64,000 bases of DNA from Azolla caroliniana (GCA_043228905.1 JBHGNT010000014.1:19220001-19284000), one strand, 5' to 3'. Positions 1 through 10,567 are shown, counted from the stretch's first letter. Notes: a model not told the origin generated them from the sequence alone. Made by a program: numbers and translations.

Positions 1-1869
1 TATGGCCGGAATCCTTCATGACAACATTGGATGGTTTGCAGTACCATCAATTTTGTTTTATCCACATTTACAATTAGTCCACTACTTTGACAAAATGCTT
101 CTAATGATCCAGTTAAACCTTGCATATTACCATCAAAATTATATGAAAAGATAACCACATCATCCAATGTTGTGAAACAATTGCTTTATGATATAAAAAT
201 AAAGCACGAACTTTACGACACCGTATATAAAAGCAATAAGATAACTTGTTGCATAAGTTTTGGGGCATCTAATCTTTGTTCTCTTGCAACTATATTCACC
301 ACTTCTTTCAATTTATCAACCATAAACCAAAGAATGTAGGCGATAATGAACATTTTTGTTGATCCCCCATGTTACTTAAAAGTATTTTGAGAAACCATTC
401 TTAGTGTTTTGGTCTAAAACCTGCTTGCCCAAGTGCTCATTTGTTTTGATTTTTAGGTCATGCACTTACCTTTTGCTCCATGATATTGTAGTTATACAAT
501 TTAGTACTAATTGAGTTCACTATGATTGTATGATATTTTGATACTTGAAATTTGGCTTAATCCAATTCATAAACCAAACATTTGATAAGGCTTGTTTATA
601 GCTTGATTTATGACGGTCATGATCCAATGACGAGTAATGAGAGATCACTTGTAATGAGACTTACTTTAGTTGTTTTCCCATTAGCCATCTTCTTTGTTCC
701 CTTATTTACATATATTCAAGATCAATTAATGTATTACAAGGTGTTTCCATGTTCTCAACCATAGGAGCCACTCCCTCATGCATATATAGGCTTTGTATAT
801 ATTCTAGCATCTCTTCATTTGTAAATTCACCTTTGATATCTTCCCTCTTACCATTGAGTTGTCTCCTTGCTAGGCTCGGTTGGAGCGTAAACAACATTTT
901 TTTAGTCCTTTCTTACATTTGAGAATATTATCTTTTCTTTCTTCTCACAACCTTTTTATATTGGTGTCATCCCATGACCTATTTACCTTCTCTTTTCGCA
1001 AACTTATATAATTTGAGATATATCTTACATTCCTTATCAAACCAAGAATTACATGGGAAACTAGATCTTTTATCTCCACCAACACACATTTGAAAGTGTT
1101 GATATCCTACCTCAAGGACGATATCTTTCAAATGATAGCAATTTTCTTTAACACCAGTATCATTCTTTGATAATGATATGATATTGGAACTTTTCCATTT
1201 TTAGATGAGCTTTGCATTCTTCATTGAACCAAGCATGACATGGGAAACTAAGTGCTCGATGTCCACCAACATGTCCATTGGAACATTGATATCCCGCTTT
1301 GGGGATGAAATCCTTCAATTGATACCAATTTAATTTCACATCTTCGCTATAGGAGAAGTCATGACCCCTTATTGGTTCCAACAGAAGGAGGAGGCTAGGT
1401 TAGTCGAAAGATGGTTATCGGTTTAAGGGCACAAAGTTAATCCGCCCATTGAGAGGCAATGAAAATGCCACAAGACAATGTTCAAGCATTATGTGCTCCT
1501 GTGTCGTGATGTGTCAAGACCAAAGGTGGAACGTGGAAAAAAGGAGGATCTAGTACAATTACAAAATATATGTATATATGAAAAGATTTATGCAACAACA
1601 ACACTGAAGTAACCCACACCACACTCCCAAGAAATGTTCAAAACGACTTTTGACAAGTAGTTATACAGTCAATAACTCCGACTGTAAAGATTGAAAGAGC
1701 GTTTGTTAGGATAGCTTCTCTCGAGTCTTTGTACCTATCTCACTTCCAAAAGTAATTTAGCTGAGTTAGATTACCCTCGAAATAATCTTGGGTTCCCTTT
1801 AGGTCCATGCAATTAAACACAATCACAAGAAGTCTATGATATTTTGACATAATACAATGTTTCCAAGTC
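1..1869 (-). mobile_element. Degenerate non-LTR retrotransposon (LINE, RTE-X/L2-like) remnant, left part; interrupted by the DNA transposon
   Basis: Minus-strand fragments FPCHAWFNEECKAH (~1210-1250), ALGQAGFRPKH (~410-440) and DVVIFS...LEAFCQSSGLIVNVDKTK (~55-165) match LINE RT-region motifs also seen in the LINE at 21.1-22.6 kb. Many stops and frameshifts. Confidence 0.75.
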
Positions 1870-1873
1870 ATGA

Positions 1874-1909
1874 AACACGTTCGCGTTCACAAGTGGAAGG
1901 ATCGCGCAT
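1874..1909 (+). repeat. Left TIR
   Basis: AACACGTTCGCGTTCACAAGTGGAAGGATCGCGCAT; reverse complement of 10528-10563 with 1 mismatch. Confidence 0.95.
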
Positions 1910-2231
1910 AAATGGAAGGATAAGGGAAATTTTAGGGGTTTTTCAATGATTTTACAAAACACATTGATACCAGTATCATACAAGTTCAAACATACTATGA
2001 AAAAGGTTAAAAATCCACTATTTTCGTGATTTAGAAGTAACTAAAAAAAGACGAATTTCAAAAACATACATTCTCAATTTATATCACAAACTTTACAACC
2101 AATGTTATTTTATAAGAAACGATTTTTGGGAAATCATAAGAATTCAAAACACATGATTTTATATTACTCGATTTGTTACAAGCGGAATGTAGTTACACTT
2201 AATAGCCAAATATACATTCATGATCACTCCT

Positions 2232-4826
2232 TTACGGAGAATCACTACTATAACTAATATACAATGACGATTCCTCCTCATCATCCTCGGATGTACCAAT
2301 CAGTGCATTATCTTCGTCATAAACCAAATGGTTTGACTCTAGATTATATGTAGCAGATCTCGTTTGCCTTTGACTCGAGCCACCTTGTAGACCTGGTAAT
2401 TTTTCTTTTATTATATCTATTGTTGACTTCCTTAATCGTCTGGCTTTTGTAAGTGTGAAGTCGTACACGATGATATCCACATCAGAGATATCAAGGGTCG
2501 AGGTGTTACGAATGTTTCGCTTCCTCTTCCTACCTCCCCTTCTTGTTTGGCATTCAATCATCTCCAATGTATACTTACCTGTAAAAGCATTTGCACTTCT
2601 AGTGTTGTACCAATGAACATTTATAGACTTGATCGTGTTTTCTATTTCATGCATTAGCACTTCTAGAATTTTACCAACCCAAAATTGGTGGCCATGTGAG
2701 TTCTCATCAGCCGGCGTTGCAATCAACATCCCCGCGGTGAGCTCTTGCAAATTTCCTTGCCATCTAGCTTCGGTTGCTTTGGTCATCCTTGGTCCCACAT
2801 AAATGTCTCTTTGTTGTGGATGGACCAAGCTGTCATTAATCGCATTTACTAGTCGCTCCGGACTTCTATTTACGCGATCATGTTGCAGCGACCATGTGAA
2901 TGGCGTTTCCAAATTCCAATTATCAACAGATACACAATTGTCTATAATTTCTTTCTGATCACTATAAAATACATCCCACCATGACGTGTCTTGTTGTGCG
3001 GCATATTTCTTGGCGGCCTCAATATGTTTTCTTTTTTCTTTTAAGGCTTGGAGCCATGACCGTTTTTGTTCTAATACCAAGTCGCTCTGCAACTGTCCTT
3101 TCTTCTCAATTGGCATTTGCTTAGCTCCATGGACAATTGTACTCGGCATACAAAGTAATAACTGGCAACCACCTTCAGGTTCCCATGTTGTAGAAGATGA
3201 ATATTGTTTAACATACAAAAGTGTAGAACCACTTATTTCATTTTTCTTTATCAAAAAAATGTGATTGAAACTTATATTGTTTAACTGAGCAAGCACTTTA
3301 ACATTCCCACCACCCCCATCTAATATATATCTCTTAAAGTCATATACCTCCTTCAAGTGTAACACTTTTGGGCGTGGTGTATATGCATCACAAATGACAT
3401 CAAATAGTTTAGGTAAAGTGAAAGCATCATGCCGAGACAACTGTCTGGAGAATGTGCTAAACATCTGATCTATATGGTCATGTGTGTGGCCAACCAAAAG
3501 GAAATTGACTTTCACTTTCCTAAACAATTCTAGGTTGACCAACATACTTAGATAGCCAAATACAGTTGAATTTTTGTTCTCTCTAGCAGTATTGTCCAAT
3601 TGAATGTATAGAACAAGGGGGAAAGGTTGTCCCCAAGACATCAAAACTCGGTGAATCACTGTAACTGTTAGGTTAGGGTCATTGTGAACATTGGGGTAAG
3701 TAATGAAGACGTGAGGTCGAACAGACCTATTATAAGCCAAGCATCCCACCAAGTGCATTTGAACAAGGCACTCATCATTGACATCTTTGGGGAGCCTCCG
3801 CATATGCGGCAAGCATGTCTTCTTCTGGTCCATGCCATCTATCATTAAGCGCATGTATTGTTCAGGCCTCTTCAAACACTTCTCTCTATGATGCATCGCC
3901 TTCCTTCGTTCTAAGGATTGTGCCTCACGATGCTCTTGTAGTAACTTCTTACTCGTATCCTTTTCCATTGATGTCTTTGCACCTTTAGCCAAACTTTTAA
4001 GATTTGCACAAATGGAGCAATAACCCATACGTACTTTACGAGGAATAATAACATTTGAAAACCGAGCTCTCCATAATCTTGTGAATTGGCTATAGGTGAT
4101 AGACTTATTACGTGAGCCCAGCATTTCAGATCGATAGACATCATAAACTTCCCGACGGGTATAATTATCAGAAAGATGCATCCTACCTGTAGTGGGCATT
4201 ACTTCACAATTTAACTGAAAGTAAGTTTTCATCCAGCCAATAGCTAGTCTTCCAATTGCACATTTCATACTTGGAACCTCTTTACAATTGAGCATCTGAT
4301 CCCCGCTAAGTAGACGTTGTTGTACTCTATGTAGCCGCATGTTACTAACACATAACACAATTTTGAATGCAACTCTACATATCTGTTGCGCATGGAAGAT
4401 ATAATACTCGAATGATACTTTGATCCCCGTACATTTGTCAGATACTAGTTGCATATGTGATCCGAGGTAAGTGTCTTGCTCATCACCGGTCATCGAAAAA
4501 TAGTATCGCCTTAATTCTCGCAACTTTGATTTTCCAATCATAGACATACAACCACGGGCACAACATATTTTGTTGACATCAAATCCAATCTGTTTATCTG
4601 ATGTCACCAAGCTAAATCTAGCCAGACGAATTCTTCGTGGGATTCTTCTAATATGCATAGGGCTCCCAGATTTCTCTTCCTGCATAGAGGTTGGTGTAAC
4701 CTTGTTACAGTCTAATTCTCTGTTCTGACCATCGCCAATGTTATTCAATGTTTCCTGGGCACTTCCTTCATTCTCGGTATCTTTATTAATATCGTATTCT
4801 TCAATAGAGAATTCTTCACGTGTCAT
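2232..4826 (-). CDS. Sola-like (DUF7869-type) DD(D) transposase, 864 aa; true start possibly at 5010 across a frameshift
   Basis: Uninterrupted ORF inside the TIRs. Motifs CCARGC, ICRVAFKIVLCVSNMRL and CSICANL, and three acidic blocks MIDGMDQKK / YIQLDNTARENKN / FLLVGHTHDHIDQMFS. A 4-bp TSD fits Sola. Confidence 0.82.
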   Translation of the reverse strand: MTREEFSIEEYDINKDTENEGSAQETLNNIGDGQNRELDCNKVTPTSMQEEKSGSPMHIRRIPRRIRLARFSLVTSDKQIGFDVNKICCARGCMSMIGKSKLRELRRYYFSMTGDEQDTYLGSHMQLVSDKCTGIKVSFEYYIFHAQQICRVAFKIVLCVSNMRLHRVQQRLLSGDQMLNCKEVPSMKCAIGRLAIGWMKTYFQLNCEVMPTTGRMHLSDNYTRREVYDVYRSEMLGSRNKSITYSQFTRLWRARFSNVIIPRKVRMGYCSICANLKSLAKGAKTSMEKDTSKKLLQEHREAQSLERRKAMHHREKCLKRPEQYMRLMIDGMDQKKTCLPHMRRLPKDVNDECLVQMHLVGCLAYNRSVRPHVFITYPNVHNDPNLTVTVIHRVLMSWGQPFPLVLYIQLDNTARENKNSTVFGYLSMLVNLELFRKVKVNFLLVGHTHDHIDQMFSTFSRQLSRHDAFTLPKLFDVICDAYTPRPKVLHLKEVYDFKRYILDGGGGNVKVLAQLNNISFNHIFLIKKNEISGSTLLYVKQYSSSTTWEPEGGCQLLLCMPSTIVHGAKQMPIEKKGQLQSDLVLEQKRSWLQALKEKRKHIEAAKKYAAQQDTSWWDVFYSDQKEIIDNCVSVDNWNLETPFTWSLQHDRVNRSPERLVNAINDSLVHPQQRDIYVGPRMTKATEARWQGNLQELTAGMLIATPADENSHGHQFWVGKILEVLMHEIENTIKSINVHWYNTRSANAFTGKYTLEMIECQTRRGGRKRKRNIRNTSTLDISDVDIIVYDFTLTKARRLRKSTIDIIKEKLPGLQGGSSQRQTRSATYNLESNHLVYDEDNALIGTSEDDEEESSLYISYSSDSP

Positions 4827-4852
4827 TATTTACATTCCCTGTAGATGAGCTC

Positions 4853-5005
4853 AGACAATATTCTTCGATAGAATATGGTGAGTCGGTCGAAAGACAATAT
4901 TCTTCAATCGAATATGGTGACTCTGTTGACAAACAATACTCTTCAGTAGAAAACGATGGGTCTGATGACAAACAATATTCTTCAATCGAGAACGGTGAAT
5001 CTTCA
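4853..5005 (-). repeat. ~4 copies of a 39-bp tandem repeat encoding (SPYSIEEYCLSTD)-like 13-aa units upstream of the transposase ORF
   Basis: CAATATTCTTC..T.GA...GGTGA units start at 4856, 4895, 4934 and 4973; a related FSIEEY unit lies at the start of the 864-aa ORF. Confidence 0.85.
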
Positions 5006-5681
5006 CTCATGGCTTAAGGTCTAGATAGGGCTCTCTAAGTTATACTCCTCTCTAACCATATACTCCTCCCTAAACATAAACTTCTCTCTAAACAAAAGCC
5101 AAATCAATAGAATGTCTATATTATGTAATATTCTATTAATACAATACATCTAAAAATTATTTTTAATAAAGTAATTTAACTTAAATTATCAATCATTATA
5201 TAAACTAGATCTAAATGATGTTAAATCAAGTAAAATATAAAACTAATCATTAACAAGCCTTGAATATGTTGGATTAATGTTAAAATCATTGGCTAATTAA
5301 TGACACCCATTTTGATATAGAACGTCTCACTCATTGGTTCTTTAATGCTCACCATTTTAAATATTAGACTTATCAATCATTGGTTAATTCATACCCACAT
5401 CTTTAATACATAACATTTGAGAGTCATAAAAATTGTTGCTTTTAGTAATCAATCATTGGTACATTCATGAACCTCTATCATTGTCTCCTTCATAACCTTT
5501 GAAGTGATTGTAGGTTGTTATGAGTATAAAAGATTGATCAATATGTTAGTTTGACTTTGTAATCATTAATACAATCATAAGTTACTATAGTTAATGTGAC
5601 TATGGTTACAAACTAACTATCCTCAAAGTTACCAACATTGGTTAAGGTGACTATGGTTACTTTAACCATGGGTTCAATCCC

Positions 5682-5689
5682 TATAAATA
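5682..5689 (+). promoter_or_regulatory. TATA box of the ParB-MTase gene
   Basis: CTATAAATAG ~150 bp upstream of the predicted ATG at 5833; several ATTGG (CCAAT) motifs at 5285-5460. Confidence 0.6.
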
Positions 5690-5715
5690 GGAAGACCTCA
5701 TCATATTTCACTCAC

Positions 5716-5798
5716 CAGAGCGTACAGAGCGTACAGAGCACACAGAACGTACAGAGCACACAAAGCACACAAAGCACTCAGAGCACAAAGCACGAAAG
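5716..5798 (+). repeat. 9-bp tandem repeat (CAGAGCGTA/CAAAGCACA) in the predicted 5' UTR
   Basis: About 9 degenerate units read directly. Confidence 0.85.
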
Positions 5799-5832
5799 CG
5801 CGATCTCCGCCTCCACTTCAACATGATCAACC

Positions 5833-8800
5833 ATGTCTTCCAAGAGAATCGAGCGCGAGGACTCCAGGTAGGCCTCTGACACTGTGGACATTTTTGTAAA
5901 TATGTTTCGTTTCTCAAGAACTCGATACGGCGTATCGAGTTCATGTATACAATACAAATATTTATACACGAACTCGATACGGCGTATCGAGTTCGTGTTT
6001 AAAACCTACACTTTAAACCGGAACTCGATACGCCGTATCGAGTTCATGGTTAAAGTGTAGGACTTAATTCTCCTCAATATAGGTTTAGAATCTATATAAG
6101 TCATACCTACTATTTAAAAGAATATATAACCCGTTTTACTTATTACGATATATATTTTCTAGGTTGAATAGCCCTGACTATAATAGTTTTTTGAATATGT
6201 TACTGCTCCTGGAAACTGTTCTTCATTATAATAACAACTTCAATCTACGTGACTGTCTAACTTATGTTTTTGCATATACTTTCTTAAATAGGTCGTTTGA
6301 GAACCTGTCAGACCGACCCGTGAAGAAAATTAAGCTTCGCATACAAGGTTCTCCAATCGAAGCCCAGACCAAGGTAACTCCTGAGACCATGAAGAGAGGA
6401 AAAAAGCTTCTCTTTAACGAAGAGACAAAATCTCAGCCACATAGTGATGTAAGCCAAAAGAAACTTGTCGCCGCTACTGGAGGCGAAGACCTTCCTGACC
6501 GAGATCTAACGGACAAGGAATGGTGTATGCAATATGTCGACTCAAAGAAAAAAGTCGTATTGTATACAACAAAGAAGAAGGGTGAGGGGCAACTAGGAAA
6601 AGAAACTCCATTTATGTATGGCCGAATTCTACGATTTGACTACGAAGATGCAGATTCGGCCAACATACTGGTAATGATAGAGTGCTCCAAGGGGGTACGC
6701 AAAGTGTTCCTTTCAGAAGACCTTTTAGTAAAGGAATCTTGTGGGCCTGAAGTGTTCAAAAAAGCACTTGATAACTCACAAAACCTGATTGTTACCTTGA
6801 GGCCTTATATACAAGGCCATGTAACTCTAAGAGATGAAGAGCCCTCCCACTTGAAGGCCACAAAAAAGGTATCCAAAGTCCAGTCAAGACCAGCCAAGAA
6901 GAAGACAACGAAAATGTCGGATACGGATTCGACAAGTGAAAATGAAGAAGAGGATAATAAGGGGACGCCAGGAGCCGAGCTGGCCTCGGGTGTCTTGTCA
7001 TCCGAGCAGAATAAAATAAGGAGAGAGTTAATGCAACGGAAGCTGGTCAGGAAAGGGCAAGTATTTAATTTGCCTATAACACACATCCATCGGCCCCCTA
7101 TTGATGAAAAAACAGGTCGAAGACCACTTGAGATTAGAGAGCCTCATCGCATGCATGTTCAAAATCTCAAGAAAAAAATGAAAATTAATCCTCATGCCAC
7201 AGTCGTGCCTTTTATTGTTATGGTGGATCCTGAAGAATGTGAAACCATTGAAGATTTTGATATCAGAAAGCATGATCAATATAATTATTTTGTCATTGGT
7301 GGATCGCATTCAGCAGAGGCACGTCGGCAACTTGTGAGAGAACATCCAACCACTTTCTTCTTCAAGTATGCCGAGTGCAAAATTTATGTTGGGCTCACAA
7401 CCGAAGAGGCTAAGCTGTTGGCATGGGACCATAATAATGATAATGACTATAGGCAGAAAATGTCGTCTATTGAGCGTATACGGTTCTTCCACCACGAGTA
7501 TTTAGATGTGAAACAAAAGTTTGGTGTGAAGTTACATCCAGGCCTTCGACGTCAATGTCTGCATGAAATCGGGATTGTGGTAGATGATAATGTTAGGTCC
7601 GATGGTCTTCGAAAGTATGAATCTTGGTTTCAATTGGCGTTTAGAGATGGAGAAGTATGGGACCTCCAAGATCAAATCTTCTCAATGTGGGAGAATAAGG
7701 AGGTAAAGGGTCAACGACAAAAGAAATGTAGGGTTGACCCTTAACTAGAATTAAAGTCACAAGCCGCCAAGAAAATTGACTTGACAATTGAAGAAGCGGC
7801 AGACGACATGAAGCTGTCTCTATGGAGAGCGATGCAAGGTATTAAGGACGAGCAACTTCTTGTGTCGGTTTTGTCAAGGGTTGTGGCGAAAGATTTAAGC
7901 CTTGAAGAAATGGTCACTGAGTTCAATAAGTAAGTCTTTCAAATACTGAAATTGTAGTCTATCTAGTGTAATTCAAAGTTCTAATCTTGATTTCTAATTT
8001 TACAGTCATAAGGTGTACATGAAGATCCAAGAAGTAATGATGAAACAACTTGGATGTATAACTTGGGAACAAGTGACCGAGGATTATCCTCTAACGTCTT
8101 CGTATAAGGCGTTATCAGAGTATTTTATTGCATTCAAGGATTGGGTTAGTATTGATGTTTTTTCATTACCCTTTCATCATATGTAGAGCTTGTATAATAA
8201 TACCTGATGTCCTATTGCTTCTATTAGAAACCGTGTCGAGGCAAGAAACAAGGAGAAGTTAAGGATATACACGATTTCCCTACATCCTTCCTTGCACATC
8301 TCGAGCGAGCCAGAAAAGAAAAGGATCGTCGCTTAGTCAAGGCGTACGAAATGGAGGAAGATGGCTCGTTTAAAAAATTTAGCCACAAAAAAGATATTAC
8401 AAGAGATCTTTACTACAATGTGGTTTGCGGTGATGTCATCGACTTGATCCAGAAGGTGCCAAAGAAGGAATATAAGCTAATGATTGCGGATATTCCTTAC
8501 GGATTTCGAATGGCTGGGTCATCATACGACGATGAACCGTTTAGGTTTAAACAATTGGAGAAGATGGTCAAGGATTTCGCTGAGCTAACGACCGCATCCT
8601 TGTGGCGAATAGTTGTCTTTCATAGTATGGACCAAGGGTACTCGGTAGCTCAAGCTTTGAGATCTCGTTGCCATGGCATCGAGAACCTTGCATGGTAAGG
8701 ATTATTTATAGGTGTCTTTCATTATATTGCAATTCTTAAGGTTGTTGAATCTATTCTTAACTCGATGAATTATTTTTTATAGGATCAAGACCAATGTAAA

Positions 8801-9516
8801 TAGAGGGCCAACTTTTCGGTTCGTTAATGCCATTGAATACATAACGATTGGCTACTTCGATGAAATTAAAAAACAGAGAATCAAAGAGCATTCTAATGAA
8901 GTGGGAGGTTCAAATCTGTTGGTATATCCAGCAGTGACTCGGAAATTGCGACATGTCACCACGACAGAACGGGGACTTGTCAACCCATACCAAAAACCTC
9001 AACGACTTATGATGCGCTTGATCGAGATGTTTTCTGTCGAAGGAGACTGGATATTAGATCTCTTTTCTGGCACAGGTATTCCTCGAACTAGGGTAACGAT
9101 CTTGAGATAACCAATCACTTTTTTTCGTTTGACAACTAAATCTTCTTGTTACTTACATCATAGGAACTACGTCAACATGTGCATTGAAGCTGTTTAGAAA
9201 TACAGTTGCATTGGAGAAGGACGAGGACCAAGTTATATTTATTAATATGCGGATTAAGGCTTTGTGGGAGTGCCCAGACCAGGATGAGGAGGTCGGTGCA
9301 AAGAACCTCGCCAATACAGAAAGGTTTCAACCTGCTTCGCGAGAGCCTATTCCTCCGTTAGCCGGCGAACCGGGGGAGCTAATAGAGCTTGATGATGAGC
9401 TTATAGAAGATATTTCGTTGGCTCGGCTAACAGGGGAAACCAATGCACGTATAGCCGAAGACAGTTCTACACAAGATGATGAAGAAAATGACGTTGATGA
9501 ATTGATTGCTATGTAA
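5833..9516 (+). pseudogene. 6-exon gene for a ParB/Srx-like domain plus beta-class N6A/N4C DNA methyltransferase (~974 aa); single in-frame TAA at 7742-7744
   Basis: Exons 5833-5867, 6292-7929, 8006-8144, 8228-8694, 8783-9075 and 9164-9516, all GT-AG and in frame (2925 nt). Motifs in order: YFVIGGSHSAEARRQL (ParB-like), MIADIPYG (motif IV), WIKTN, NPYQKPQRLMMRLIEMFS, WILDLFSGTGTTSTCALKLFRNTVALEKD (SAM-binding motif I). Confidence 0.85.
5918..6061. repeat. Three copies of the palindrome GAACTCGATAC-(GGC/GCC)-GTATCGAGTTC in intron 1 of the MTase gene
   Basis: Copies at 5918-5942, 5970-5994 and 6021-6045; copies 2 and 3 sit within longer inverted repeats (5966-5998; ~6005-6061). Confidence 0.95.
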
Positions 9517-9944
9517 TAGACTCTATAAAGAATATGACACTGACGATTTGTTAAGATTTCACATTATTAATACAAATTTTGGGTTTTACCTAGTGGATTC
9601 TATTCTTTATAATCATCTATATGTTTCAATTTTATTTTTATATACTTGATTAGTAGATTTATGATATTGGTTTCACCGCGTGCATAGCTGACTACCAAAC
9701 TTATGGAGAAACATGAACTAGCTTAAATGGAGGCTGATTTTGGTCCAAGCTAACCTTAACAGAACATGGCCCTATAATTATTGCCATGACTGTCCATGTT
9801 GTTATTATGGATCTTTGTCTTATATTGTTAAAACTATTATGTTTCTATTCCATTGCTGCTTAGATTGTGTAGTGTGTTGATAATGGTTCCAGTTGCGTTA
9901 TCGTTCGGAGTTTGATCTTGTGTGAATCACCTAAGCAATAGAGT

Positions 9945-10200
9945 AGATCAATTTTAAATACAGGTATGAAAGCCTAATAGGTTTGTTATTTCCACGACAT
10001 TATCCTAAAGTTCACTGCCTTACATTGTGCACAATTATATACACATATGGTTTGATCCCATATGAACAAACTGAGGAATAGATTAGATCAACTTTTAATA
10101 TAAGTATTGAATACTTTAATAAGTTAGTTATTCCAATCACTTATCCTAATGTGCACTATCCTACATTTTCGACAATTACATACATGCACGTATGGGTCAA
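9945..10200 (+). repeat. Two degenerate ~140-bp tandem units in the right subterminal region of the transposon
   Basis: AGATCAA.TTT..ATA...TTATCCTAA.GT.CACT..C.TACATT..ACAATTA units at ~9945 and ~10085. Confidence 0.6.
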
Positions 10201-10527
10201 AGTATAAATTATATCTCATTTTATTAGTATGGATACAAGTACACCTCATATTTTTGTAAAACCTACCTAATTAATATAAGTCTTTAAGTTAGTGTTTCCC
10301 TTGTCTCACAATAGTGCCATATTGAGCCATAGTTAAACTTTATTTAGATACATTAACTTATCAACATGTCTAAACTTGCATGATTTCTAATGATCTCCAC
10401 TCGTAGATCTATCATGTATTTTTATATTTGCAAATTCTTATCAAGTTGAGGAACATGTGATACTAGTGCATCCAATTATTGTAGAGAGGGTGTATTTTCT
10501 TCGTTTTAAGAAGATTCTACAAGTGGA

Positions 10528-10563
10528 ATGCGCAATCCTTCCACTTGTGAACGCGAACGTGTT
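10528..10563 (-). repeat. Right TIR
   Basis: ATGCGCAATCCTTCCACTTGTGAACGCGAACGTGTT followed by TSD ATGA. Confidence 0.95.
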
Positions 10564-10567
10564 ATGA

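Larger units (their letters stand above)
1874..10563. mobile_element. Complete TIR DNA transposon (Sola-like) carrying a transposase and a ParB-MTase cargo gene
   Basis: 36-bp terminal inverted repeats (35/36 identical), flanked on both sides by ATGA (1870-1873 and 10564-10567), a 4-bp TSD. Encloses a DD(D) transposase ORF. Confidence 0.92.

Noticed and set aside
3470-3500. HTH (GHTHD) read as an HUH endonuclease motif (Helitron/Replitron)
   Set aside because: The element has TIRs and a 4-bp TSD, and the motif lies in the third acidic block of a Sola-like DD(D) transposase.
5918-6045. CRISPR-like look of three palindromic repeats with ~26-bp unique spacers
   Set aside because: Only three units, inside a spliceosomal intron of a plant gene, with no cas genes; better treated as binding sites or hairpins.
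6164-6291. Predicted ORF start MNSPDYNS.. of the 526-aa ORF
   Set aside because: Non-ATG start in AT-rich intron sequence; a spliced ATG exon at 5833-5867 joins in frame at 6292.
7742-7744. U-to-C RNA editing to repair the stop
   Set aside because: Known only for organellar transcripts in ferns and hornworts; this is a nuclear, intron-containing locus.
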